A stretch of 64,000 bases of DNA, taken from the NCBI GenBank assembly GCA_963828345.1, contig CAWHEZ010000011.1:3615-67614 (forward strand), written 5' to 3'. Within the stretch, counting starts at the first letter, position 1. Every line of letters begins with the position of its first letter. The position numbers and the translations under genes are program-made. Source of the stretch: an uncultured delta proteobacterium (GTDB lineage: Bacteria > Desulfobacterota > Desulfobacteria > Desulfobacterales > SpSt-501). The notes under the pieces are model-generated. The model was not told the DNA's origin, did not search any database, and saw nothing but the letters and a program-made list of their open reading frames with translations. This document shows, piece after piece, positions 11,143 to 21,185 of this stretch.

Positions 11143-12353
11143 CAGGCTCTCACGACCTCTTCGTAGACCCGCGACGTCAGCTCCGTGTTTCGCTCCAGCC
11201 CGAAAAAATCCTCCGCCCTCCGGCGGCCGCACCTTCCCATCTGAGCCCTGAGCTCGGCGCTGCCGATCAGCGTCCGCAGCCGATCCGCCATAGCCTGCGG
11301 TCCTCTAACAGGAACGACGAACCCCGTGCGACCCTCGTCGACGGCCTCGCGGGTGCCTCCGGCATCCGTGGCCACGACCGGTTTGCCGCAGGCCATGGCC
11401 TCGAGCGCCGCCCGCGGGAAGGCCTCGGCTTCAGCCGACGGCAGCACGAAAACGCCGACCGTTCGCAGAAAGTCCTCTGTCGGATGGACGTGCCCCAGGA
11501 ATTCGACCCGGTCGCTGATTCCGGCGTCACGGCAGAAGTCCCGGCAGCGATTGAAATAGGCCGGGTCGGCGATGTCCCCGGCCACCCGCAGCCTGACCGC
11601 CGGCAGGGAAGGCTTCAGAAGGCGCATGGCTTCCAAGAGGGTCAGGGTTCCCTTCTCCTTCTCGACCCGGCCGACCGTACCGACCACCACCTCACCTCCC
11701 GGCGATACGGGATCGGCCAGATTCTCCCCATCCGCCGGGCGGAATCGGTTCAGGTCGACGCCGTTGTGGATGACGCGGATCTTCCGTGTTGCCGCCTTCG
11801 ATGGGAATCGGAATTTCAGAGCGTTCGCCACGAGCAGGATCCTGGATGGGAGCATGCTCAGCAGAGGATCGTATGGGTCTCGAGCCGATGCCCGGACATG
11901 CCAGACCACGGGCTTGCGCCGCAGCCGCCCGACGACTCCTGCGTAGAGCGTGTTGCGCGGACCGTCCGTGTGAAGCAGATCGATGTCGAGCCTGTCCACC
12001 AGCGTGAGCAGCCGACGCAGAGCGGCTGCAACCCGATGGCTGCCGTTCCAGGCGATCCGGGGCAGGTCCAGCGCGCGGACCTCCACGCCCCGCGCCCGCA
12101 GGCTCTGCGACAGGCTGCCCTCGCGCGGCACGACCACGCATGGCCGAAACCGGGCCGGGTCGAGCCCGCGGGCCAGGTGAAACAGACTTTCCTGCCCTCC
12201 TCGTCCGCGGTCGGCAAAGCTCGAAAACAGCATCACTCGAATGGGGTCAGGCCGCACAGCGCCCATCCATGGAGAGGGAGGCGTAGAGCGTCTCGATCTC
12301 GGCCACCATTCGCTCCGCTCGGAAACGCTGCTCATATTCGCTCCGCGCCGCAC
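11142..12353 (-). CDS. Glycosyltransferase family 4 (true start probably ~12270)
   Basis: GGQESL, IHNGVD, EAFPRAALEAMACGKPVVAT. Confidence 0.9.
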   Translation of the reverse strand: MRRGANMSSVSERSEWWPRSRRSTPPSPWMGAVRPDPIRVMLFSSFADRGRGGQESLFHLARGLDPARFRPCVVVPREGSLSQSLRARGVEVRALDLPRIAWNGSHRVAAALRRLLTLVDRLDIDLLHTDGPRNTLYAGVVGRLRRKPVVWHVRASARDPYDPLLSMLPSRILLVANALKFRFPSKAATRKIRVIHNGVDLNRFRPADGENLADPVSPGGEVVVGTVGRVEKEKGTLTLLEAMRLLKPSLPAVRLRVAGDIADPAYFNRCRDFCRDAGISDRVEFLGHVHPTEDFLRTVGVFVLPSAEAEAFPRAALEAMACGKPVVATDAGGTREAVDEGRTGFVVPVRGPQAMADRLRTLIGSAELRAQMGRCGRRRAEDFFGLERNTELTSRVYEEVVRA

Positions 12354-13365
12354 CCCCCAGGCGCGCCCTCAGGCAAGGGTCGGCGGCGAGGGTCAGGATG
12401 GCGCCGGCCAGTGCCTCGGAGTCTCCCGGCGGGACCAGCAGGCCGGTGCGGCCATGCGCGACGACCTCGGGAATGCCGCCGAGCCGGCTGGCGACCGCCG
12501 GCAGCCCGTGCTGAGCCGCCTCTATCAGCGACAGCGACAGCGCTTCCCGGTGAAGCGTCGGCTGGATGACCATGTCGGCCTGGCGCAGCACCGTGTGCAC
12601 GTCGGTCAGGCAGCCCGTGAATCCGATGCGCGACTTGAGCTTCATATCCGCCGCATGCCGCTCGAGCTCGGAGCGCAGCGGGCCGTCGCCGACGATCAAT
12701 AGCTTCAGGTCCGGTCTGGTCGCCACCGCATGCCGAAACGCGTCGATCAGAACCCGATGGCCCTTGTTGTCGACCAGAGAACCGACTGAGACCGCCAGCA
12801 GCCCTTCACCCGGCGTCTCCTGTCCCGGCCGGCGCGGGTGCGCCCCAGCCTCGGCCGGAATCCCGTTGTAAACCACACGGCATTTTTCCGTGGGGAGGCC
12901 GATATGGCGAATCACGAATTGCTGGACCGCCCCCGACACGCACACGACCGACCGGGTGAAGGGCGCCAGCAGGTGCTGCATCCAGATGTGACGACGGCAA
13001 AGCTCGGGATCAGCGGTGTGCACATGAACCACGATCTTGCGCTTGCCGGCGAGAATGGCGGACAGACGGCCGAACGTCCCCGCGAAGCTGCCGTGAGTGT
13101 GCACGATGTCCGTGCCGGCATGGCGCAGATCCCGGGCCAGCCGCAGGACGTTGGACGGGTCATGGTAGCTCGCGAGCTTCAATATCCTGACTCGGATTCC
13201 CGATCGCCTCACCGCATCGGCCAGTGCGCCGCCCCGCGCCAGGCACCAGACTTCTGCCTCGAATCTCCGGCGGTCGAGACCTTCGGCCAGGGTGGCGATG
13301 ACCTTCTCCTGCCCGCCGACGCCCATGTCCTCCGTCAGGTGAACGACTTTGGTGCGGCGTTTCAT
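12247..13365 (-). CDS. Glycosyltransferase family 4
   Basis: GGQEKV, VYNGI, KGH, EALSLSLIEAAQHGLPAVAS. Confidence 0.9.
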   Translation of the reverse strand: MKRRTKVVHLTEDMGVGGQEKVIATLAEGLDRRRFEAEVWCLARGGALADAVRRSGIRVRILKLASYHDPSNVLRLARDLRHAGTDIVHTHGSFAGTFGRLSAILAGKRKIVVHVHTADPELCRRHIWMQHLLAPFTRSVVCVSGAVQQFVIRHIGLPTEKCRVVYNGIPAEAGAHPRRPGQETPGEGLLAVSVGSLVDNKGHRVLIDAFRHAVATRPDLKLLIVGDGPLRSELERHAADMKLKSRIGFTGCLTDVHTVLRQADMVIQPTLHREALSLSLIEAAQHGLPAVASRLGGIPEVVAHGRTGLLVPPGDSEALAGAILTLAADPCLRARLGGAARSEYEQRFRAERMVAEIETLYASLSMDGRCAA

Positions 13366-13413
13366 GAGACGGTTTCCCCATGAGCGCCGGAAGCGCTCGG
13401 GGCGACCGGCCGT

Positions 13414-14451
13414 TCAGCTCCCCGGCAATCTGCCAGGCGATCCCCTGAGTGCAGGGTATTCAGCAGCTTGCTCGACTCGATGGGCGTAGGTATGATGGCG
13501 CTGGACCTCCAGCCGGCCGGCCTTTGCGATTTGACGCCGTTCCTCGACGTGGTTGAGGTAGTAGAGGACCTGCCGCTCGAGATCGCTGCCGCCGGAAAAG
13601 CTCGCCAGATGCTCGCCGTCCTTAAACAGTTCCAGCACGTCCTTCTGCCGGTCCGTCAGCACGAATGCGCCGCAGGCCATGGCCTCGAAAACCCGCGGGC
13701 TGGCCTGAAACACCGGGAACCGGTCATCGTCGCTTCGGTAGTGAATCGACAGAATGACCTCGGCGGCGGAGTAGATGCGGACCCAGCTCTCGGGGCCCAG
13801 GCCCGGCCCCCGAATGCAGGCCCGCAGGGGGTCACCGGCCGCGAGCGCATCCCACCCGGGCCCCCAGACGGACAGGCCGCAACGCACCAGCCCTCGCAGC
13901 AGCTCCGCACGGCGGGGGTAATAGGATCCGACAAAGACCACATCGCTGCCGAAACGTCGCCGCTCTTCTGCGGACAAATCGACGGGACGGTGCACCTGAG
14001 GGTCACAGGCCATGGGCAGCCACCGAGCCCCGGCAATGCCCGACGCTCTGAGATGTTCCACGTATTCGCTGCCCTGGCAGAATACGGAGTGATAGTGGCG
14101 GGCGGTCTTCCGCATGACATCGTCGGCCCGCGGAGGGTCGGTCGTCCACAACACTACCTGAAACCCTTTGCGGATCAGCGGGCCCAGCGCCCGGCGGGTA
14201 ATCCGATGCCCCCCGGTCACCACGATCAGGTCCGGCTGCATGCGTTCCGCCAGTCGGACCAAACTCAGATTGATGACGGCCACGCTGATGGACTGCAGCG
14301 GCGCCCAGCGCCGCCGCAGCCGGCCGGGGATCACGTGATTGCGATCGTTGAATACGATCAGCTCATGGCCTAACGCAGCAATTGCCCTTTCGATGTATTC
14401 GGTTACCGTAAGGTAATGCGGGTTGTGATAGCCGCTTAAAAGGATTCTCAT
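13414..14451 (-). CDS. CgeB-like glycosyltransferase (Glyco_trans_1_2 type)
   Basis: WTTDPP, WLPMACDP, DVVFVGS..PRR, SPRVFEAMACGAFVLTD, HTYAHR. Confidence 0.85.
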   Translation of the reverse strand: MRILLSGYHNPHYLTVTEYIERAIAALGHELIVFNDRNHVIPGRLRRRWAPLQSISVAVINLSLVRLAERMQPDLIVVTGGHRITRRALGPLIRKGFQVVLWTTDPPRADDVMRKTARHYHSVFCQGSEYVEHLRASGIAGARWLPMACDPQVHRPVDLSAEERRRFGSDVVFVGSYYPRRAELLRGLVRCGLSVWGPGWDALAAGDPLRACIRGPGLGPESWVRIYSAAEVILSIHYRSDDDRFPVFQASPRVFEAMACGAFVLTDRQKDVLELFKDGEHLASFSGGSDLERQVLYYLNHVEERRQIAKAGRLEVQRHHTYAHRVEQAAEYPALRGSPGRLPGS

Positions 14452-15191
14452 GGAGCGGTCGCCAAAAGGTGACTGTGGACGGCTGGTCGTTGCGGAACCG
14501 TTAGGGAGCTCTCTTTGGTCGCGACCATAAACAGAATGAGGTTCTTGGTGGTCGAGAGTGATTGAAACAGCCAGGCGAAGACTTTCAGTAAAAAGTTATT
14601 CCCTCCCCAATCCCCGATAGTTCTTAACGTGATCTGTTGGAAACCAACATCATGGGCAAGCGCGGCAAGCGTCTTAGCGCAGAAATAGCGGACATGGCCT
14701 TCCTGGCCGGCACGGTAGTCTACAAAAAAGAACTGATTTCCGATCAGCCACTCAATGACATTCCTCCAATAGTGGAGGTTGGGTGTTGAAACCACCAGCC
14801 GCCCCCCGGGTCTCAGCACCCGCATGCATTCTCGCAGAAACGCTCCGGTGTCGAGGAGATGCTCGATGAGCTCAGATGAATGCACCACATCAAACGTGGC
14901 ATCGGAAAAGGGAAGGCCGTTCGACACGTCATGCATGAAGTAACGAGCCGATTTCGCATACGCCGGGGCGCCTTGAACGATGTCTACCCCGAACCGGTCC
15001 ACCTGATCGCCGACCAAAGAGAGCAGTATCCCGTCGCCGCAGCCTACATCCAGCATGTTTTGGGGCGCCACTTCACAGACGAGCTGGCGGCTCAACAACA
15101 TTCGTTGAACCACATATCGGCTCTTGTTGATGAGAGGCGTCGGCAAATTCATCCTTGCAGCCTCTCGTACGGCGTTATCAACAGATCGCAA
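14448..15191 (-). CDS. Class I SAM-dependent methyltransferase (start possibly ~15152)
   Basis: LDVGCGDG, LPFSDATFD, ELIEHL, RVLRPGG, STPN. Confidence 0.88.
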   Translation of the reverse strand: MRSVDNAVREAARMNLPTPLINKSRYVVQRMLLSRQLVCEVAPQNMLDVGCGDGILLSLVGDQVDRFGVDIVQGAPAYAKSARYFMHDVSNGLPFSDATFDVVHSSELIEHLLDTGAFLRECMRVLRPGGRLVVSTPNLHYWRNVIEWLIGNQFFFVDYRAGQEGHVRYFCAKTLAALAHDVGFQQITLRTIGDWGGNNFLLKVFAWLFQSLSTTKNLILFMVATKESSLTVPQRPAVHSHLLATAP

Positions 15192-16123
15192 CGGTGATGG
15201 AACCGATTGTCAATCGGCTTAACCCCCTTCTCGCTGTGTTCCGCCAGTTCGAAAAAGGCATACCGTTGCGGGATTCGATCCCGGATTTCCCTCAGTGTGT
15301 ATTCGCCCGGGTTGAACTCCATCACCACCACCGGTCTTTGCTTTTCCATGAGGTTCACCCCGCCTTTGAGAACTTCAAACTCGTGACCTTCGACATCGAT
15401 CTTGATCATCGAAACCGGCAGCGTCTCCGCCCCCAGGCAGTCATCGAGCGTGCCCATGGGGACCGTGATATCCCCTTGAGGCTTCATACGCCCTTTCCCG
15501 ATATTAAAATCCGAGGGATTGGTGTCGAATACCACCTCACCGCGCATGCTTCCCAGCGCTTCGGGGTGAAGCTCCACGTTGGTGACGCCGTTCAGCTCCA
15601 GGTTTTCCCCCATCCTGGCATAAATCGAAGGCACTGGCTCGAATGCATGAACCTTCCCGCCGTCGCTTACGCATGCCGCCAGCACCAGCGAGTGCATCCC
15701 CAGATTCGCACCGACATCAATGGCGCAGGTGCCGGGTCGGGCGAAGCGCCGATAGACATGAAAGTGCATCTGCCCGCCGTCTCTGCCGAACAGGTAGACG
15801 CTGCTCGAGTTGGCGTTGTCGGTCGCACAGCGGATGCGCAGGTCCTCAAAGCCTATGGGCGCCGTTCCCAGATCCAGCGGATTTGAAGGGTGTCTCCGGA
15901 AAAAATCCTGCTGGGCGGCCAGCGTGCAATCCAGGAACCACTCGTAAATCCAGCGCGGCTGACGGCCGGTGCGCTGACACTCCGACCATCGACGGCTGAT
16001 CGCCTGGATCCAACGGTGCGCCTGCCGATCCGGTTTCCGGTAGGCGTGACTCACCAGCAGCCGAAACAGGCTTCGCTTCGCAGGACCCACGATCGTCTTG
16101 ACGATCCGAATCAGCCGTTGCAT
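15149..16123 (-). CDS. FkbM-family methyltransferase
   Basis: IDVGANLG, VHAFEP, IKIDVEGHE. Confidence 0.9.
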   Translation of the reverse strand: MQRLIRIVKTIVGPAKRSLFRLLVSHAYRKPDRQAHRWIQAISRRWSECQRTGRQPRWIYEWFLDCTLAAQQDFFRRHPSNPLDLGTAPIGFEDLRIRCATDNANSSSVYLFGRDGGQMHFHVYRRFARPGTCAIDVGANLGMHSLVLAACVSDGGKVHAFEPVPSIYARMGENLELNGVTNVELHPEALGSMRGEVVFDTNPSDFNIGKGRMKPQGDITVPMGTLDDCLGAETLPVSMIKIDVEGHEFEVLKGGVNLMEKQRPVVVMEFNPGEYTLREIRDRIPQRYAFFELAEHSEKGVKPIDNRFHHRCDLLITPYERLQG

Positions 16124-16126
16124 AGC

Positions 16127-17455
16127 TCACCCGCCCAGCGCGCGTTCATACACAGCGGCATATCGATCCGCCGCGGTGTCCGGCGAAAGATGCTCCGCTG
16201 CATACCTTCCGGCAGAGGACCCCATGCGCCCCCGCAGCGACGGGTCGACCGCCAGTCGGTGCAACGCATCGGCGAGCTGCTGCACGTTGCCCGGTTCCAC
16301 GTGAATCCCATTCACCCCATCGGAAACCATCTCCCGCAACCCTCCGACGCCGCTGACCACCACGGGGATCTGCATGGCCATCGCCTCTGCCGTTGCGACA
16401 CTGAGGGCCTCCATGAAAGACGGCTGAACGTAGATGTCCGTTGCCCGCAGCACGGGCTCAGCATCGCGACACCCCTGCACGATGTGGACCCGGCCGTTGC
16501 ATCCCGCGCTCTCGATCGACGCTTCGACGTGCCGCTGGATCTCGAGATGATCCGCTCGGCCGTTCGTATCGCCAATGAGGGCCAGTTTGACGCGAGGGGT
16601 TTTCGCGGCCAGCATCGAAAAGGCATCCGCGAGCACGGTATGCCCTTTGATGGGGTGGAACGTCGCCGTGCAGGTGATCAAAACCTCTTCCGGTTCGATC
16701 CCGAGCGCTTTTCGGCTGGCCGCCCTTTCTGCGACATCAGGGTGGTGGAAAAAGCGCTCAGCCGGCACATTGTAAATGACTTCAGACATGGCCCCCGCGA
16801 ATGCCGGCAGGCGTCCTATGTCTTGCGCCATCGATCGGGTGACCGACACCACGGTTCTGAGTGGGCTCTTCCATCTCCGATAATGAACCGAATAGCGCTT
16901 GGCCCAATCGAGATACGAGTAGCTCTGGCATGTAATAACGACAGGAACCGCAGTCCCCGCGCAGGCTCTCAGCGCAATGAGATCTGCGTCGAAACTGTGA
17001 GCGTGAACCAGGTCCGGGCGTAATGCCCGCAGGGCGTGTTTGACGTGGCCGATGACCCATCGAGTCTGAAAGCAGCTCAACCAGGCCGGCAGCATAGGAA
17101 TCCGGTTCACCGGTATTCCGTTTTCGAAAAAATGCTTCGGGCCTATATTTACTGACGGGTAGTGGTACACGTGCGGCTGCCAGCCCCAAGTTCTGAGGTT
17201 ACGAGCCACCAGTCTCAGGTTGCTGTTGACGCCGCTGACTCCATGTGAGGACACGAGGTGCAAGACATTTCGGTCTCTGCCGCGCTGCCGGTCGAGTCTC
17301 GCCTTCAACAGACACGACTCGCCCGCCGGCGTGGCGCTTTCGCCCTCCGGGAGGCGGTCTCCCACGCACATCCGACGGTGCCTGCAGGGCCTGGCATTCA
17401 GTCTTTCCTGCGAGGTGCCAGCGGTCGTCACCTCATCCAAGGCATTACTCTGCAA
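16127..17455 (-). CDS. Glycosyltransferase family 4 (start uncertain)
   Basis: PDLVHAH, KGH, PSFMEALSVATAEAMAMQIPVVVS. Confidence 0.85.
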   Translation of the reverse strand: MQSNALDEVTTAGTSQERLNARPCRHRRMCVGDRLPEGESATPAGESCLLKARLDRQRGRDRNVLHLVSSHGVSGVNSNLRLVARNLRTWGWQPHVYHYPSVNIGPKHFFENGIPVNRIPMLPAWLSCFQTRWVIGHVKHALRALRPDLVHAHSFDADLIALRACAGTAVPVVITCQSYSYLDWAKRYSVHYRRWKSPLRTVVSVTRSMAQDIGRLPAFAGAMSEVIYNVPAERFFHHPDVAERAASRKALGIEPEEVLITCTATFHPIKGHTVLADAFSMLAAKTPRVKLALIGDTNGRADHLEIQRHVEASIESAGCNGRVHIVQGCRDAEPVLRATDIYVQPSFMEALSVATAEAMAMQIPVVVSGVGGLREMVSDGVNGIHVEPGNVQQLADALHRLAVDPSLRGRMGSSAGRYAAEHLSPDTAADRYAAVYERALGG

Positions 17456-18920
17456 GTGACCCCCGGGCGGTCGTGAGAATGCCCGCTATCATGCCGCGGG
17501 CTTGGGAGGCCATGAACATAGCGTCGAGGATCAGCAGGAACGTTACATAGCTGCCGGCTCCGACGACCACCAGCGTCCCGAATCCGGCAATCCCATGCCC
17601 AACGATGCTTTTTACGCTTCCGATGACCGCCACCATCCCCAAAGATGCAATTAGCGGAGCCGCCATGATTCGAGCGAAGTGACGCCATCCCGCGTCGAGC
17701 AGAGTTAGCAGCCGAAACGCATAGAGAACCTCCAAGATCAGGTAGGACAGGAGAACGGCCGCCGCCACGCCCTTCAGCCCAAACCAGCTGGCAGCTGGGA
17801 CGATCAGAGCCGACAGCACGATCATCTGAACCGTGGAATATTTCACCGCGTACCGTGGCACTCCCATCCCCCAGAAGAGGGCAACGGCTGTCCCACCAAA
17901 GGCTCTCAGGCTGCAAAGCAGGCTCATGATCTGAATGAGGGGCACTGCCGGGTTCCATTTTTCGCCAAGACACAGCTGAGAAAACTCGGCGGAAAGAATA
18001 TAAATCCCTGCAGACAGGGGAAAGCATATCACCACGATGAATTGGAATACTCTGAAGAATGCCTCCTTGAGCCTTTGATGGTCTTCCCGAATCTGCGAGT
18101 AGGAGGGAAAAACCACCTGGGAAACGGTATTCGTGATTTCGGTCGCCAGAATATTCGATATCAGAAAGGCCATTTGATAGTAGCCGAGTGCGGTGGCGCC
18201 GAAAACTTTGCCGACAAACACGCTATCTCCCTGGGTAACCACTGTGATCACCACACTCGAGAGAAGAATCCATTTGCCGAATTGGAAGAGCTCATTGAAC
18301 TTGGCACGATCGATGCGGAACGCAGGCCGGTAGGGATGCAGCAGGAAAGACAACAGGAGGCGACTCAGATTGAAAGCCATCCCGCCCCACACCAGCGCCC
18401 ATACGTTTCGCAAATACCATGCTGCTGTGAGCGAAACCGCCAGATCTACAAACGTGGGGATCGACTCCAACACAAAATTCTTCTTGAAGTTCAAATCCTT
18501 CTGAAACAGCACGACACCAATGTTTGTTAGTCCGTTCAAGAGTATCGAAACGGCGACCACACGCATGAGGGCGGTGAGCCCGTCGATGTGGAAGAAAGCC
18601 GCCACCGCGGGGGCCATCCCCATAACGACGAGGAACAGCACCACACTACGGAGGAGGGATGCCGTCCAGACGGTATCCAGGTAATCGGCCTCATGGCCGT
18701 TACGTTGGATCAGAGCTTGGGAAAAGCCGAACTGGGTTAGGCAATCCAGTAGGGTTAAGAGGGTCATCACAATCCCGATCTGCCCGAAATCCTCTGGGAA
18801 CAGCAACCGCGCGAGAATCAGGGTGCGGATCAGGCCCATGCCTCGGCTGGCGATCCTCAGGAAGAAACTCCACAGTCCGCCGCTGATGATTTTCGAGATG
18901 AGGGGCAAGGACGGAGCCAT
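17445..18920 (-). CDS. wzx: Polysaccharide flippase, Wzx/WzxC-like
   Basis: LILARLLFPEDFG, GFSQALIQ, LGYYQMAF, many TM helices, 491 aa. Confidence 0.88.
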   Translation of the reverse strand: MAPSLPLISKIISGGLWSFFLRIASRGMGLIRTLILARLLFPEDFGQIGIVMTLLTLLDCLTQFGFSQALIQRNGHEADYLDTVWTASLLRSVVLFLVVMGMAPAVAAFFHIDGLTALMRVVAVSILLNGLTNIGVVLFQKDLNFKKNFVLESIPTFVDLAVSLTAAWYLRNVWALVWGGMAFNLSRLLLSFLLHPYRPAFRIDRAKFNELFQFGKWILLSSVVITVVTQGDSVFVGKVFGATALGYYQMAFLISNILATEITNTVSQVVFPSYSQIREDHQRLKEAFFRVFQFIVVICFPLSAGIYILSAEFSQLCLGEKWNPAVPLIQIMSLLCSLRAFGGTAVALFWGMGVPRYAVKYSTVQMIVLSALIVPAASWFGLKGVAAAVLLSYLILEVLYAFRLLTLLDAGWRHFARIMAAPLIASLGMVAVIGSVKSIVGHGIAGFGTLVVVGAGSYVTFLLILDAMFMASQARGMIAGILTTARGSLAE

Positions 18921-19028
18921 GTTTAGGAAAGCTCACCTGCAGATCTATGCCGTGACGCCATTAGATTCGGGGCGGGGTTGAACGCGTCTGACACCATGAC
19001 TTCAAGACAGCTTGCGGGTTCAGGGCCT

Positions 19029-20153
19029 TCAGGCCGCCGGCACCAGCCCCCTCGCCTCCGATCGACTCACGGCAGGCAGCCGGCTACCGGGAGGGGATGG
19101 TCTTGCCTCGCGCCTGCGTCGTCTGGTAGATGTTTCGATTTCTTGGCAACCCACGGCCGCAGCCGGCAAACGGTGATTCTCGTGTTCTATGATGCGTTCC
19201 AAAATCTCGGTGAGCCGATACTGCGGTGTCCACCCGACATGGCCCCGAATTCTGCGCGTATCCGGCATACGGTAGGCCATGTCTTCAAAACCTTCACCGT
19301 ATGCGTGCGCGTAAGGAATGAGATGGATCGGCGCCGGGCTGCCGGTTAGATTCTTGATTTGCTGAGCCAAGCCGAGAATGGTCGTTTCCTCCTGACTTCC
19401 GATATTGAACACCTTCCCCGCATGCTGGTTTCCCTCCGTCAGAAGGACTATGGCCGCCACCACATCGCGCACATCACAGAAACATCGCCTCTGGTATCCG
19501 TTACCGTAAACCGTGATCGGTTGCCTCCGTAATGCCTGTCTGACGAAGGTGGGAATGACCATCCCGTATTGATCCGTTTGCCTCGGTCCGACCGTGTTGA
19601 ACAGGCGAAACGCCACTACATCCAAGCCATATTCCCGCTGATAGGCCAATCCAAGCGACTCATCGATCATTTTGCTTTGGGCGTAGGCCCATCGGCATTT
19701 GCTGGTGGGTCCGAGCACCACGTCATCGTCCTCGGCAAAAGGCGGGCCTTTGCCCTTTACCGTAGACTTCGGACGAACTGGCCAGAAGCGTAAAACACCG
19801 GTACCGCAGCGCAGCCTTCAACACCGCCTGGGTCCCCATGACGTTGGTTTCGATGGTGTGGACAGGGCGATCGACAATCAGCTTGACCCCAACCGCCGCC
19901 GCAAGATGAATGATCACATCCGAGACCGAAGCCAATCGATCCATGACCAGCGCATCGGTTATGGAGGCTCTCGCAAAGCTAAAGCTCTTGTGGCTCAGCA
20001 GGTGATCGATGTTGTCCGTCTTCCCGGTCGACAGGTCATCGATGGCAAGGACAACATGGCCGGCCCGGAGCAATGCTTCAGCCAGAGTGCGATCCTATGA
20101 AGCCCGCACCACCTGTGATCAAGAACGTTTTTTGGCGTGCCGTTGTTCTTCAT
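19029..20153 (-). CDS. NAD-dependent nucleotide-sugar epimerase/dehydratase (extended SDR); frameshifts near 20120, 20085 and 19740
   Basis: ITGGAGFIGSH, HLAAAVGV, ASSSEVYGK, YAQSK (YxxxK), RLFNTVGPRQ. Confidence 0.88.
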
Positions 20154-20664
20154 GCCTTCACCCTGAAAAATGGGGATGGATTGGGGCCGAAATGCGAATT
20201 CTGACGCCTCCACCGACCGCCTCCGAGGAGATCCGGATTGTTGGCTGCGGCTCCGCCCCGTCGATTACACGCGCAGGTGCATCGAAAGGGCCTCGGAACC
20301 GGAACTATTTGGATTTTTTGCAAGTAACATGCCCTCAGGGTAATCGGTCGGAATTCACTCCGAACACGCGGTCCGGGACTGCGGTATGCGCGGAAGTTAC
20401 TTCGGTTCAACCATTTGTTATTTATGTACTTAATATCTATTACCGTCGACACAAAGCCCACCTGGGTCTCGATAGCCGCCCGGATCGCCATGACATATTA
20501 TTGACACGGTTCGGGCCTCGCTCGCCCGGCCGTAGCGACCTCGCTTGAACCCTTCGATCCTCACCTTCCCGTCGAACTCCTGGCCGATTGAAATTTGAAC
20601 GGGGCAGTCTGGCTTAAGATTTTCAATTTACATTAAAAAATCTGTTTCGAGACGCATTTTTCCC

Positions 20665-20693
20665 TTGACTCACGCTAATTATTAATGTTTAAT
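20665..20693 (+). promoter_or_regulatory. Putative sigma70 promoter of the dcw operon
   Basis: TTGACT-17 nt-TTTAAT just upstream of mraZ. Confidence 0.55.
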
Positions 20694-20720
20694 GGCGCAA
20701 AGTGGTGGAAAGTGGTGGAG
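20691..20720 (+). promoter_or_regulatory. MraZ operator (10-bp-period direct repeats)
   Basis: aatggcgcaa/agtggtggaa/agtggtggag; GTGG repeats with a 10-nt period upstream of mraZ match known MraZ boxes. Confidence 0.7.
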
Positions 20721-20731
20721 ATTTGACGGGC

Positions 20732-21181
20732 ATGTTTCGCGGAAGCTCCTTTCATACCATCGACGACAAGGGCCGGGTGGTCATCCCGACCCGCTTCCGT
20801 GACCTGCTCCGCAAGGAGGGCAGCCCGGACGGCGTGATGGTCTCACGCATGGACCAGTGCCTGCTCGCCTACCACTTCGAGGACTGGTACCGCTTGGAGA
20901 ACCGCATCCTGCAGCTGGCCGAGAAAAGCGAGTACATGCGCCGCTTCCGGCGCATCTTCATCGGCGGAGCGTCCGAGTGCCTCTGCGACAGGCAGGACCG
21001 GATCCTGATCCCGCCGATGCTGCGCCAGTACGCGGGCCTGAGCCGGGACATCGTCCTCGTCGGCGTCACCGACCACTTCGAGCTCTGGTCACGGGAGAAC
21101 TTCGAGAAGGAGGAGCTGACGCTCCAGAACGACCTGAAGAACCCGGAGGCCAGGAACGAAATCGCCAAACTCGGCATCTGA
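20732..21181 (+). CDS. mraZ: Division/cell wall cluster transcriptional repressor MraZ
   Basis: MFRG...IDDKGRVVIP; second repeat DRQDRILIP; first gene of dcw. Confidence 0.96.
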   Translation: MFRGSSFHTIDDKGRVVIPTRFRDLLRKEGSPDGVMVSRMDQCLLAYHFEDWYRLENRILQLAEKSEYMRRFRRIFIGGASECLCDRQDRILIPPMLRQYAGLSRDIVLVGVTDHFELWSRENFEKEELTLQNDLKNPEARNEIAKLGI

Positions 21182-21185
21182 TCCC

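Noticed and set aside
20160-20660. Small ORFs or an ncRNA in the divergent intergenic region
   Set aside because: No recognisable protein motif or RNA family; AT-rich tracts are consistent with divergent promoters.
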